DNA from: Utricularia gibba
Taxonomy: Eukaryota > Plantae > Magnoliophyta
Reading direction: 5' to 3'
DNA length: 64,000 bases
Assembly (NCBI GenBank): GCA_002189035.1
Contig: NEEC01000010.1
Coordinates: forward strand, 1,054,001 to 1,118,000
The translations under genes were made by a program, and so were the position numbers. The notes beneath the pieces were generated by a model, which saw only the letters and a list, made by a program, of their open reading frames with translations, did not search any database and was not told the DNA's origin. Positions 28,601 through 41,180 of this stretch are shown piece by piece (the stretch's first letter is position 1; every line of letters begins with the position of its first letter).

Positions 28601-30490
28601 AGCTAGGAATGAGGTAGATTTTCAAAATGCATGGAATCACTTGAAGGAGCACTACCCGAAGGCACATGCTTATTTAGAGGATATTCCATTTGAGGAGTGG
28701 ACGGACATTGCTACATGATAGAGGACACTGGTTAGTAGTTTTTAGGTTATTTTTTAAAATTATGAATTTGATATGACATCACAAATTATATTATCTACAA
28801 ACACTATGTGCAGACATATCATAATGATCACCAATCCTACGGAAGCTTTGAATGGTGCCCTGAGGGAACCTCGATGCTTATCTCCAACCCAAATTGCCAA
28901 GGCATTATGATATGCAATAACATTTGAGCCTCCATACTATCAATCTTTTATAATATTCAAGAAAACTTCAGGTTACCTTCGAGAAAGGAAGAAAGTATTT
29001 TGAGAAATATCGAGCAGCAACGATAAGGAGACATAAAGAGGGCATACCTTTTGGGAGAGTAGTGGAGGAAGCATATCGAGAGGGCGCGAGAGCGCTGCAA
29101 TTCCTACAATGCACTATGTATGATACTGAGAAGTGGCAGACATGATAGAAGAGACCCTACACTCATCTCAATCCCGAAGAGTGTAGGCCCTTCATAAATT
29201 TCGTATCAATCCAAGGACTCGGGCCTCGATATACTACCTTGTAACCACAATGGTTAATATGTACCGAGGTAGCATTAATCCATTAAAAGATGAGAGTGAA
29301 TGGGAACCCGCACCCTTTGAGCTCTTAGTTGACCAGCACGTAAATGAGTCACCATCGGTCGAACATAATCAACAAGGCACAAGGGGCCACCAGATTTTAA
29401 GCAAAGAGCAGCGAGACGTGAGAGGCGATGGAAATCGAATGAAGCCCCATTTGGAGTCACCCGCAGCCAATTAATGCGACAACATGGACTGAGAGATTCA
29501 CATAATAGCGCACCGAGGCATTCTAGGAGACAACAGGATGCAAGTCAGGGATCGAGACCAATTGATTTGAATACTCCTCCTCCTCCAAGCCAGGACTATG
29601 GATATGCACCCTCGTTCAAAGAGTCTTCGGCGTATCCAATCTCTTCTTACAGTGAGGTGCCACATTCTAGGCGAGATAGCATATTACTGTCCACGGGATA
29701 CAAGAAACCGGGAGACTCCTCGTTTAGACATTCATTGTATTATGATCTCGAATTGAGTTTTGCTATACAACCCACATTAGTGGGATGTGATTCAATATCA
29801 CATCCCCCCGAGCTCCACAGGGCACAATTGCTAGAAATTCAATATTGTATCTTCCAAGGCATCCGCAACTAGAGAGTGGGAGTGGCACAGATACTCGCAC
29901 CCAAAAGAAGGGTCTTGTGAAACTTATTGGAAATAAAATAAGTAGTGTATTAAAAAAGAAGTAGATGTTTTAAAATTGTCTAAAATGCAATTGAATAATT
30001 GATCTATTTTTTATAATATTGGCTTTCGGTCAAATGGATAATTTAATTTCGATCGATAAAAACACTAATTTACATCACTTGAAAACAAAATAAAAATACA
30101 TAAAAATGTATTTTTCCTATATTACCTAAAAAAATTAATATTGGAAAATTGTATTTTCCGTATTCTATTGAGAATACAAAAAAGTGATGGGATAACAAAG
30201 GTCAATATTGATCAAAATGACAAAAAAATCAAAACCCAAGATCCGTAAAACCCCAATCTCTAACTCACTTAGTTCATCGCATTAACACAAACCCTACCAA
30301 TCGGAATGCAAATCTCAAGAAACCCAGTTGAGAAATCGGATAGATAAATCCAAAATTCCACATTTCATCGAGGTAAAAAAAAGCGGCTTAGTTAAAAAAA
30401 AATACATAAAAATGTATTTTCCCAACATTACCTAAAACGATGTATTTTGCAAATTAAAATTGTAAAAATATGTATATAACCAATTCAGCC
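25611..30490 (+). mobile_element. Degenerate Mutator/MuDR (MULE) DNA transposon with disrupted transposase
   Basis: Perfect 10-bp direct repeat GCTTTAAATA at 25601-25610 and 30491-30500 (TSD); imperfect TIRs sharing AATTTGCAAAATACATC. Transposase remnants at about 27360-29310: MuDR domain (EGMHFNDRQSMMDAV), MULE domain (CVDATHLYGSYDYKLLVAVAVDGSNNICPVAYA...SESEEDWTWFL) and a SWIM relic (KWQT..RPYTHL), with several stops and frameshifts. Confidence 0.9.
26665..27125. repeat. Imperfect tandem duplication (about 280-bp period) inside the MULE, containing a 30-bp tandem pair
   Basis: aaagaataat.ttgatgaaaa.taattattattaaaataaa occurs at about 26676 and about 26947. agtagaaaattaatttgaat.aaaagattc occurs twice at 26816-26875. 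Confidence 0.7.
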
Positions 30491-30518
30491 GCTTTAAATA
30501 TAGTTTTCGTAAGTAGGT

Positions 30519-31230
30519 AAGCTTTTCTCGTCGGAGAAGAATCACACTCTCTTCTGCTATCAGCCACTTTGGTGTAGCGCCGGATGACGCCGCATTCTAT
30601 TACAGTTTCCGGCGGGCATCTGTTTCCCTTGGCTGTAAGCTCCTCCCGGTTGTCAACCGTATTGTTGATTTAGTTAGGAGGCGGAAATGCACTTGTACCC
30701 AAGATAATGCTTTGTTTGTCGTGAACCTGTGGTGAAGTTATACAGTCGTTTGATAAATGCGTCTGTGATACAGATCAGTTGGAGAAAACGGAAGTTTCAC
30801 CGGCGCTTTAGGGTAAGGGGCGTGACGCCTGTTTTGGAGACGTTTAATTTGCGTACTGGAATTTGTTCTGAAAGGAGGGATTTTGGGAAGGGGAGAGAGT
30901 TGATCGATAGGATATGGGCGCGACATTTCATTCCTGATACTTTGATGAATGGTTCGGTTAAGAATAGTAGTTTGAATGAGGTCATCCAGGTGTTTGAGGA
31001 AATGCTCCACAGAGATTTGAAGTGTTATGAACGAGTACTACAAAGTTGGTTATTCCAAAGGGGCTCTCATAATTTGGATCGTCTATTACCAATGTAATGC
31101 AGCTTGATGTTACCCAAGGTCTTTGTTCTCGCAATAGATTATCTGATGCCATGTTCTTAAATGATGCCTTATCAAAGAGAATTGTTCCACCTATGGTTTC
31201 ATGGAACATACTTGTGAGAGTTGTCATTGT
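30519..31230 (+). pseudogene. Collapsed P-class PPR pseudogene (resembles Arabidopsis At3g09060 as recalled)
   Basis: Fragments in order across changing frames: KLFSSEKN, VNRIVDLVRRRKCTCTQDNALFVV, PVVKLYSRLINA, GVTPVLETFNL, NGSVKNSSLNEVIQVFEEML, QGLCSRNRLSDA and RIVPPMVSWNILVRVV. Many deletions and stops, and no intact start codon. Confidence 0.75.
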
Positions 31231-31996
31231 CTCAGAGGTTTCAACATGATCATATATGCTAAGTTGTTGCAGAGTTTTATTCTTCAAGACGTGAAGGCCT
31301 GAAGGGCTCATTGAACAGAGCCTTGATTCGCTATTCAAGTATCATTTCAGCAGGTATGCTTTCCTCCATTTTGATTGCCTTTTAAAATATAGTAACTCCC
31401 TCAACGCATTTCAGTCTTCATCTGGAATTCATTCCTTTTGTTAGTCTGTGATACGGAAGTATAGAATGTGCTTGCAACTGATATAGAACACCCTACCTGC
31501 ATGTATATATATACATTTGAAAAATTGTGTTGTTAAGTTGGTTAGTATCTTCATTTTTTCTGACACGTGATTGGTTTGAAGCATCAAAACTAAAATAGCT
31601 TTGGTGAATGGTGATTACAGTTGCCTCACTGAAAGCTCATATACGATGCAAAAGCAAAATTGGCTCGATGTATCAGCTCCATGCATTAGTATATTGTTTG
31701 GAGTTATAAACCATCCTACATTTGATTACTGAGCTTAGTCATTCTCGCTTTTATCACCGATTGATTTGGGATTGCCTCGAGAATGATAAACTCCATGAGC
31801 ATGAGTTTGTCCTGCTTTGTTCCCTCTTTTTGATAATCTCAATGGATCTTTTTGACTCATCTTGGTGGGAAAAAAGTTGCAGGAACGCAAAAGGATCAAA
31901 AACAATGATGAGACACAAGGTATTACCAACATTTGTAACCTATTGGAGCATATGCTCTTTTCTTCTTGTACGATCACAACACCATTGCCTCACTCT

Positions 31997-32840
31997 TTAA
32001 TCATTGTTCTTCTGTTCATTGCTTTCAGTTTCAGACAGCATACGCTGCTCGTAGATGACTTGAGTGATCAAGCCGATGAGAACCAGCACAAGAACAGCAA
32101 GCTTTTTCCAGTCAAATGTGGATGAGATCGAGGCTTCGGCAATCCCAGTGACTACCAGTCCGATCAACGCGAGGTAAATATTCCTTCTTGCAACTGAACC
32201 CGCACTTTTGTTGGTCTGCTCCCTTACTTTATCCGCCTCCTCGCGAGCTCCTTCCTTGTCCACTTGTTTTTTCTCCATCAAGCCCTTGAAGAAGAGACCT
32301 TCGTTCCTGTCTTTCTCCATCTTTCCTTCAAACTCCGTCACCCTTTTCTCGTTCTCCTCAATCTCCATCTTGTTCATCTCCATCGATTCCTCGAATGCCT
32401 GCATCCGGCTCTCTATATTTCCCATTATCTGCAAATCGAACAGTTAACGAAAGTTCCACTTCCTAGGTAAATGGAGGCGGGCGTGGAAATCTACGGACCC
32501 TCTCACCAGCTTCATCCAGTTCTCTGAGCGCGTTCTCTCCAATCTGGTCGATTTCAGAGCTCGCTTCCTCTGCGAACTGCGTCAAGTACGCGGATCTTTC
32601 GTCCAAGTAATCGGTGAGCCGGACCTTCTGCGCCTGAAGCATTGCAATCTTGGCAAGAAGCTCCTGTCGGCGCGTATCTCCCTGAGGCTTCGGAGGCTCC
32701 TGTTGTTCGGGATTATCCGAATTGCCCGCTGTGCAGAGAGAGACAAGGAGCCTCCCCCTCCTCCTGAAGATCCGTCGTTGGGAGTGAAGAGCGCCACTTC
32801 TGTAGATGAATGAGACCTGAATTGGCTCCAGAGCAATCAT
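31997..32840 (-). CDS. Conserved plant, probably plastid-targeted coiled-coil protein with C-terminal transmembrane segments (At3g09050-like as recalled), 2 exons
   Basis: QELLAKIAMLQAQKVRLTDYLDERSAYLTQFAEEA...DEAGER|IMGNIESRMQAFEES...RNEGLFFKGL...RRNIYLALIGLVV...DWKKLAVLVLVLIGLITQVIYEQ. Confidence 0.85.
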
Positions 32841-33349
32841 CGTTGATTCGGGGGAAGCAACACAAGGAAGACAAGTGTTCTGATCCCCACGTTTGCGTTA
32901 TCCATCCCGACCCCGTCTGTGTCCGATACCTTCCTTCCTTCCTTCCCATAAACCACACACCAACCCATAAACTGAAGCCCAGAAACCGAATTGGGTTCCA
33001 CTCGACTCGGTTCAACTAGCTCTAGGGTTTCCCATCTCGTGGGCATTAAGAGAATCCGAAGCGATGAAGAAGACAAGTTGGGTGCTTTGGAGAGATCCGA
33101 TGGGGTTGTGGGCTTGGCTCAACGCCCACCGCCCGATGTGCTGTGCTGTGACCCCTAACTCTGCGCCTCTGATCTGACTGCTGACTACTACTTCCAAAAA
33201 AAAGATGACTTTTTGCCCACTAGAGGACTCGCTTTTATCCAAATCAGGCCCTACCACAGTGCTACTTCACTTCACTGTCCACCAAAAAGATGGTGTCAAT
33301 TTTAAAACCACTCACTGTCATAAAAACCATTTACAAAAGTATACACTCT

Positions 33350-33929
33350 TAGTGTGTGTATGTACATTTACTAATTGTGATTGCTTTTTTTTTTTTTAAA
33401 TATGTATGTAAATATTGTATAGTAAATATTATACCTTTTATTTTTGTAATACTTGATGATGATTTTCAGTAAAATGTTTTTAGTAAATAATATTTTATAT
33501 TTTATCAGAAATTATTTTGATCTTATGAAATGTATATTATTAATATTAAAATTATTTAAAAGTAGTATTTATTATAAAAACATGTTGATTTTAGATTAAA
33601 AATTATTTTGAGATTATGAAATGTATATTGTTAGTATTAAAATTATTTAAAAAGTATTATTTATTATACAAATGAATTGGTTTTAGGTCAAAAATTATTT
33701 TGAGATTATGAAATATATATTATTAGTATTAAAATTATTTAAAAAGTATTTTTTATTATAAAAATGAGTTGATTTTAATTGATGATTTTAATAAAAACAT
33801 TTTACTTAAAATCATTACTTAGTATTATAAAAATATAAATTATAATATTTATAATACAATATTTAAATAAACGTTAATAAAGTATAATTTAGTAAACTTA
33901 TACATACTAAACACACATAATACACACTA
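33350..33929. mobile_element. AT-rich MITE-like element with an internal 3-copy tandem array (about 91-bp unit)
   Basis: Inverted termini TAGTGTGT (33350) and ACACACTA (33922-33929). The unit aaattattttga..ttatgaaat.tatatt..tag/aatattaaaattatttaaaa starts at about 33508, 33600 and 33690. Confidence 0.6.
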
Positions 33930-34027
33930 GGTAATTTTATAAAGATGATGTAGAAGGCGAAGAGTGATAGAAAATCAGAACGTGGAAGCTGACCTCCGTG
34001 TTCTACATCACAGACGAACTCATAGCC

Positions 34028-35370
34028 ATGCCTTCTTCTTCTTCCTCAGTTACCATTGTCTCAAGATGCACCGTCTACCCCCGCCGGAGCTCTGCCGCCG
34101 CCTCTCTAAAGCTCTCTGTATCCGATCTCTCGATGCTCTCCTGCCACTACATTCAAAAAGGCGTCCTCCTCCCGCAACCTCCGGTGTCCTCCGGGGCGTG
34201 GGCTTCTCTCCTCGAGCACTCTCTCGCAGAGACGCTATCCTATTTCCCAGCTCTGGCTGGACGTCTCCGTACTGATGGAGACGGTAACGTTTACATTTTC
34301 TGCAACGATGAAGGTGTTGAGTTCTCCTACGCGAAAGCGACTCACATAACCATCGACGCGCTGCTGCCGCCTGCGGGTCACGACGTTCCGGCGATATTCC
34401 GCCATTTCTTTCAGTTGGATAGCGCAATTAACTACGCCGGGCACACCAATCCACTCGTGGCTGTCCAGGTGACGGAGATTCACGACGGAGTTTTTGTCGC
34501 GTGCACGGCGAATCACGCCGTGGTTGATGGCACATCGTTTTGGCATTTCTTCAATAGCTTCGCGGAAATCGCCCGTGGCGCCAGTAAGGTTTCCCGTTCA
34601 CCGGATTTCATTCGAGATACTCCTCTTCATTCCCAAGTCGTGTTGCCCTTACCGGACGGCGGTCTCTCGCTGTCTTTTTCCACGGCGGCGTCCGTCCGGG
34701 AAAAAATCTTCCGATTGAGCCGAGAATCAATCATGAAGCTGAAATTCCGGGCCAATAACCCAGCCTGGAAATCCGATGACAGTGAGACCTCGACGTCGGG
34801 CGATCCAACGGACGAGATCTCATCGTTCCAGTCCATCTGCGCCCAATTGTGGAGATCTGTAACCCGCGCAAGAAACCTCGATCCCTCCAAGACGACGACG
34901 TTTCGAATGGCGGTGAACTGCCGCCACCGTCTACAGCCTCAACTTTCGACTCTTTACTTCGGAAACGCGATTCAGAGCATACTGACGGTCGTCACCACAG
35001 GGGATTTGCTGTCGAGCGATTTGAGCTGGAGCGCCGATAAGCTGCACAGAAACGTGGCGGCACATGGCGACGCGAAAATCCGGCGGGCAGTGAATGATTG
35101 GGAGAGGAGTCCTCGTGTTTTCCCGCTGGGTAATCCCGACGGGCGTTGGTGATGATGGGGAGCTCCCCAAGGTTCCCGATGTATGACAACGATTTCGGGT
35201 GGGGCCGCCCGCTGGCCGTCAGGAGCGGCGGAGCGAACAAGTTTGACGGCAAGATCTCGGCGTTCCCCGGTGCACAGGGGAGAGGCACCGTCGACCTTGA
35301 AGTGGTCCTGGCGCCGGAAACCATGGCGGGCCTGGAAAATGACGTGGAGTTTATGCAGTACGTGTCTTAG
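34028..35370 (+). CDS. BAHD (HXXXD) acyltransferase, intronless; 1-bp frameshift at 35141-35143 (assembly error or pseudogene)
   Basis: LKLSVSDLSMLSCHYIQKGVLL, LSYFPALAGRL, NHAVVDGTSFWHFF (HXXXD) and YFGNAIQS. SSPRFPMYDNDFGWGRPLAVRSG (DFGWG) lies in a different frame. Confidence 0.9.
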
Positions 35371-35629
35371 AGCAGGCATATTGCAGGAATTTAGTGAATT
35401 GTCAGTTTTTTTTTTTCTTTTTTCAAAATATCTATACTTTTTTTTTTCTGTATTTTGAATAAATGTGATTTCTATAGATTGAAGTTACTTTTTTCTTAGG
35501 CATATAACCTTACAAGCATACTATAAATGGAATTGTATATTTTTCCTTAATGTCATGCACAAAATTGTGATAGTAGATATTTTTAGATATCCTTCTTTAG
35601 TAATCGCTTATTTGGGTGGAAATAATATA

Positions 35630-36035
35630 GGTCATGTTGTGTATGTATTTCAAAATATATAAAATAACATCAGTTTTTAAGATTATGTGAATATAATCAG
35701 TTTAAGATTATAAAATTATTTGGTGATATAATATAATGTTATATTATAAAAGTTAATAAAGCAAAATATATATTATAAAGTTTAATATATTAAATTATTA
35801 TATAATTTAATGTTATGATATAAATGTATTTTTAGAATATAGAAAAAATAAATAATATAATTTTCTAATTATTATTTTTTATTTAATATATGAAATAAAG
35901 ATTCAAGAAATTCAATCATTTCTGAAATTATTTATAAAATTTTAATTTATGATTTTACTAAATAACAATTAAATATTACAATTTTCAAAAATTAAACAAA
36001 ATCAATTTGAAAATTTCATGAAACAGAACATTCCC
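35630..36035. mobile_element. AT-rich MITE-like repeat, family copy 1 (related copy at about 56325-56715)
   Basis: Shares TTTAATATATTAAATTATTATATAATTTAAT and collinear flanking similarity with the 56.3-56.7 kb block. Weak inverted ends (gtcatgttgtgt / acagaacattccc). Confidence 0.6.
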
Positions 36036-36873
36036 ATAGTAGTGCCCCAATAAAAACGTTTAGAAGCTCATATTCCTCTTGATGAAAATCTCAATAAAAT
36101 GAAAAAAGTATGTCTTTTCATGTCTACTTAATATAATTCTCTAGCTCTTTTAATCAACTATTATTATTGATATTACCACTCACATATTCTCATTCTTGTT
36201 GGAAATTGAACCTTTGATGTTTAATACATGGGCATGTATTGGAAATGCATTTTTTATGCGTGTAGGTATTTTTAATTAACAATTAAATGAGCATTTATAT
36301 TTATTTTTCAAAATGGAATTAATATTTTTGTGATATGGATGCTAATGAATAGAATAATAAAACATATTTAATATCATTTTATTTTAAATCCTGAATTATT
36401 TTTCAAGATATATAATTTATGCAATTTAATAATTTTTAATCAAGTTTATAAATATAATACAACATGGAGAGGAATATGAGATTTTGATAATTTTAAATAT
36501 TATAAAGTGATAATTTTTAAAATAAAATAAAAGTTTTACTATTAAATAGCTGGCTTTCGAGGCGGCGAGCTTTTTATTTAATGGGAATCAATAATGAAAG
36601 TAAATGATTTTAGAATTAGGTAGAGAAAGTGCATATTGCATTTCTATTATAATGTATATTAAAAGAGAGAGACATATTAGAGGAAAAGCAGGTGGTGAAA
36701 CGACAGCGTATAGTGAGCCCTTTTTTTTTGTTTATCATTCTTTTCTGCTCTTGATTCCCCAACTCGCATGCAGGCATACTCTTTCCCGTGATTCCAAATT
36801 CATTTTGTGTTTATGTTGTAATTGCAGAAATTTAGTTGTTGAGATTCTAGATCTGGTTCCATTTTTCGCGGAA

Positions 36874-38501
36874 ATGGCGTCTGTCTCTTCGGGTCCCCGT
36901 ACTGTGGAGGAGATCTTCAAAGATTACAGCGCTCGTCGCTCTGGAATTGTTCGAGCACTGACTGTTGGTAATTTTCTATTTTTGGACCTTTTTTTTTTGA
37001 TTCGTTGAATTGGGGTTTAATTTCATTTCGGTTGTAATGTGCCGCAGATGTGGATGAATTTCACGCGCTTTGCGATCCAGGTAGTTCCTTACTTGGGTGT
37101 GATTGAATTTGATTTCTTTGAGACAATTCGTGGAGTTTTGAAATTTCTGATTTTTTTCGTGTTTTTTTAAGGTTTCTTCACCTTTTCGTTTTGGTTCTCA
37201 CAGCGGGTTGCGTTCAGTTAGATTCAAGTAGTGTGAAGTAGAATCCTGTTTTCTCTTGTGGATCCCATGCTGATACATGCCAAGTGGACTTAATTGTCAT
37301 CTTTATTAATAATTTGGATTAACGTTAATAGCAAGACTGTTTAGAATCAGGATTCTGCCCATCCTCTTGTAAATTCAACTTTTGTGTTGTTTTTTTTTTT
37401 TCGGTTAACTATGTGTGCTTGGTTTCCGTGGGCAATAATCGCTAGAGCTGTTGATTTCCGTGTGTATGCTTGGTTTTGTGGTTGCATTTATCATTTCCTG
37501 AGCTGTAATGCAGATAAGGAGAATTTGTGTCTTTATGGACACCCAAATGAAACTTGGGAGGTAAATCTCCCAGCTGACGAAGTCCCACCAGAGCTGCCAG
37601 AGCCTGCTCTTGGGATCAATTTCGCTAGAGATGGAATGAAGCGAAGGGATTGGCTTTCTCTAATTGCTGTGCACAGCGATAGTTGGTTGCTGTCAGTTGC
37701 ATTCTACTTAGGTGCTAGACTGAACCGCAATGAACGGTATGCATCATTTCTATATACTATCCTGTTCCATGGAGATGTACTCTGTGTTCTGCTCAGGATG
37801 GAATCTCTTGTGAAAATTTTTTGGTTGTGAATATTATTCTTTATGAGTTCAGGGCATAAAAGATCTCCACTGTCCTTAAATTCTAAGTTTCTAGTTGAAT
37901 GCCATCGTTATATATACTTAGACTTAACCTTTGTTGTACATGTGTACCGTAATTTCAGGAAGCGTCTCTTCAGCATGATAAACGATCTTCCAACATGCTT
38001 TGAGGTTGTCACAGAAAGAAAGCCATCGAAAGACAAGCCTATTCTAGACAGTGGAAACAAATCGCGTGGCAGCACAAAGGTGAGAACCTTACTGAGTGGT
38101 TCCTGTATATGTCTCTGTGGCGAGAACCTATTTGACAAGATTCAAAACTGGTATCCCATATGTGCACAGTTTCCCAAAGGGGAAAGAAAAGTTTTTTTCC
38201 ACGGCAACCTTTCTACGTACTCTACAACTCAAGAATCATGGTTGTGTTGCAGAGATCTAACGATGGTCAGGCCAAAAGCAACTCTAAACCGACCGATGAA
38301 AGCTATGATGAAGACGAAGATGAACACAGTGAAACTCTGTGCGGAAGCTGCGGTGGAAACTACAATGCAGACGAGTTCTGGATAGGCTGCGATGTATGCG
38401 AGCGTTGGTTCCATGGAAAATGCGTGAAGATAACACCTGCAAAGGCTGAGAGCATCAAGCAATACAAATGCCCCTCCTGCGTAAAGCGTGGCAGACAGTA
38501 A
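36874..38501 (+). CDS. AL1: Alfin-like PHD finger protein (AL1/AL2 type), 5 exons
   Basis: [30 protein letters not shown]|[11 protein letters not shown]|[42 protein letters not shown] (PAL domain) and [51 protein letters not shown]. Confidence 0.95.
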
Positions 38502-39735
38502 GTAAACAGTCTCTGTGTTATTGTCATTGTTTCCATTACCATTACTACGCAATCGAATACGCCGTCCCGTGGCTGACGGAGAAGTAGTAGCAGTAGTAGT
38601 AAGTTCAGCAGCCCCGTTTCATGGCTATGGCTGCTATTAACTTGTTGTGCTCATCTGTGAAGAAACTAAGAGATCTATTTACGTTGTAGAAAAAAAAAAA
38701 AAAAACGGTTGCATTGCACAAGCGGTAAATGGTTTTGAGAAGGGTAATGCTGACAGGTTAAAAAGGGGTCGAATTTACACTCAGGATTCAGCGCTGAGTA
38801 GAGTAAAGGTAGACTGGGCAAGTAAAAGATTATTTTCTTAAGTAGTTGTTAGCACCTTGTGTGGTCAAATCCTCAATTGTGAGGATATCTCTGTGCTGTC
38901 CATGGTTGGTTTTGGGTTGATTTTTTTTTTAAATGAGTTGAATTGGATTTGTTAATTTTTAATTATATTCATTAAAATATAATTACAAAATCATGATTTA
39001 ATTCATACAAATGTTAAAAATATAGAAAATTAAAAATATGTTACTAAACGTTTGATACGATTAAATTAAAAAACTTCATCAAAATCATCTTCCTATATCT
39101 CATTATATTCAAATTAGGCGTAATCTAAATACAAATAAGTATTTTTTACTATCAATATAAATACACACATAAAAAATATAATTATTAAGATTTATTTAAA
39201 ATATATATCAAATATTTATAATATACGTTTTATTTGTTTTTCACCATCTTTTATAAGTTAAACAGTAAATAGATAAAAAAAAATAAGAATTTTTTTTTTA
39301 AAAAAAGAATAATTTTTTAACAACATAATTGGATCCAACCTACTAAAATACCAATTCGGATCTAATACTATCGAACCTATCTTGTCATAATGGCCCAACT
39401 CAAACCATGAATGTGGCTCACCCCAACCATCTTTATAGAAAATCAATTTTTATGCCATCTATTTTGATTGGTTTTTCAAAATCAGTGTTTATCATTTGAA
39501 AAAAGTTATTTCTTTTATATTTATAATTAAAATAATAAAAAAACATTATACAAATATTCCTTTTTTTTTATTGAAAAGCATAAGAAATTGTGAAATTTGG
39601 GCTGTAAGAATCTTATGTTTGACTTTTGGCCCAACGGGCCGCAGTAGTAAGCATATGAAATTGGGAAATCTCAAGCTACTGGCTTAATCGTCCTCGATTT
39701 AGAGAGCAAGCAGGAGCTGAGGGCCTGAGCGAGAT

Positions 39736-41180
39736 ATGGATCGGACGCGGATTTTGCTGGTTGGTTTGCCGCTTTTTCTCCTCTTCTCCGACATCTTCAA
39801 CCTCTTTTTCATCCCGGCGCCGGCCAAGCCCTCCGCTCATCAACATCACCGCCATCAACACGGTCCTCCTCCAGTTGTATACGAGCAACCGTCGTCGCTT
39901 GAGTTCCCGACTCAGGTTCGATTCCGAATCTTCGGTCTGTCAATCTGATCGAGCGGAAAATTGAATAAAAGAAAAAAGCAACTCTGATTAGATTCCGTAT
40001 CTGGCTTGGATGGTTTCCGATGACTGTTTTTGTTATGAAGGAATTGGGAAATTGCTTATTGAGTTTCCGGATTTTTTGATATATCACTTTGGCTCTGATG
40101 CGTTGATTTTCTTTCACAGAAAGCTACTGGGACTGGTTTTGGAAACACAGTTAGCATTGACTTTTGCGCCTCTTGCTCTTACCGGTAATCACTTAAGTTG
40201 CCCTTGTTATAAATTCACTATATCAAGAGTCCCACTTTTTTGAGTTATAACGGGGATTGAAGCCGCTTAGAGGATGAATGAAAAGATGTCCTGTTGTATT
40301 TCGTGCACATTATGGGTCCTCATTGATCCATTTGATCTTGATTCTTGCAGAGGTACGGCAATAACGATGAAGAACATGCTGGAAAGCCAGTTTCCTGGAA
40401 TCAATGTTGTCATGGCCAACTACCCTGCAGCTCTTCCCAAACGAATCTTGGGAAAACTTGTTCCCGTAGTACAGTTCGGAGTGATTGGTGTTATAATGGG
40501 AGGTGAGCATATCTTTCCCAGGCTAGGATTTGCGGCACCGCCGCAGTGGTACTATTCCATGCGGGCTAACAGATTCGGGAGTATGGCAAGCACCTGGTTG
40601 CTAGGAAACTTCCTCCAGTCATACTTGCAGAGTTCAGGTGCTTTCGAAGTACACTGCAATGGGGAAATGGTATGTTTCTTTACCTTCTTCGATCTCTAGA
40701 ATATGGATTATGAAACCGTGGAGCGGGGTCGAGCAAAACACCAAGATTCTTGCAGGGGTCTTGTTCCTGTTTTTTTTTGGGTCTTGTGTATTTTCATTGG
40801 GAAAGATTTTGTCCAAGATTAGGGTCTTTTTGTTTATCCGAAAACTAGATGGTACTAAGGCCGGTCACAGTTAAAGCTTCGTCTAGGTAGCTAGGAGAAC
40901 AACTCTGGTTTTGGATCTATCCCACCAAGTCGTGCAGGGAATCAAGATCACCTACTTCAGCTTTTTTTTTTTTGAGAACCAGAAGTTGCTGAATTTCTCT
41001 GGGTTTCAACTTACCTTCGATCATTCATTAGTTTTGTGGAATGCTTGGTTTCAGGTGTTCTCGAAGCTGAAAGAAAACAGGTTTCCTGGAGAAATAGAGC
41101 TGAAGGATCTTGTTGCCAGAAGGATCTCAAGCTCAAGGGTGATTAATGACCTACACAGGGGAGGAGCAGCCTGGTCCTGA
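39736..41180 (+). CDS. SELT: SelT-like Rdx-family thioredoxin-fold protein (Cys homologue), 4 exons
   Basis: MDRTRILLVGLPLFLLFSDIFNLF, |KATGTGFGNTVSIDFCASCSY|RGTAITMKNMLESQFPGI (CxxC), ANRFGSMASTWLLGNFLQSYLQSSGAFEV and |VFSKLKENRFPGEIEL. Confidence 0.93.

Noticed and set aside
29474-29872. 132-aa ORF inside the MULE considered as a captured host gene (Pack-MULE)
   Set aside because: Low-complexity Pro/Ser-rich sequence directly after the SWIM relic, more simply the transposase C-terminal region. No host domain was recognised.
34050-35379. Several overlapping minus-strand ORFs
   Set aside because: Antisense shadows of the GC-rich intronless BAHD gene.
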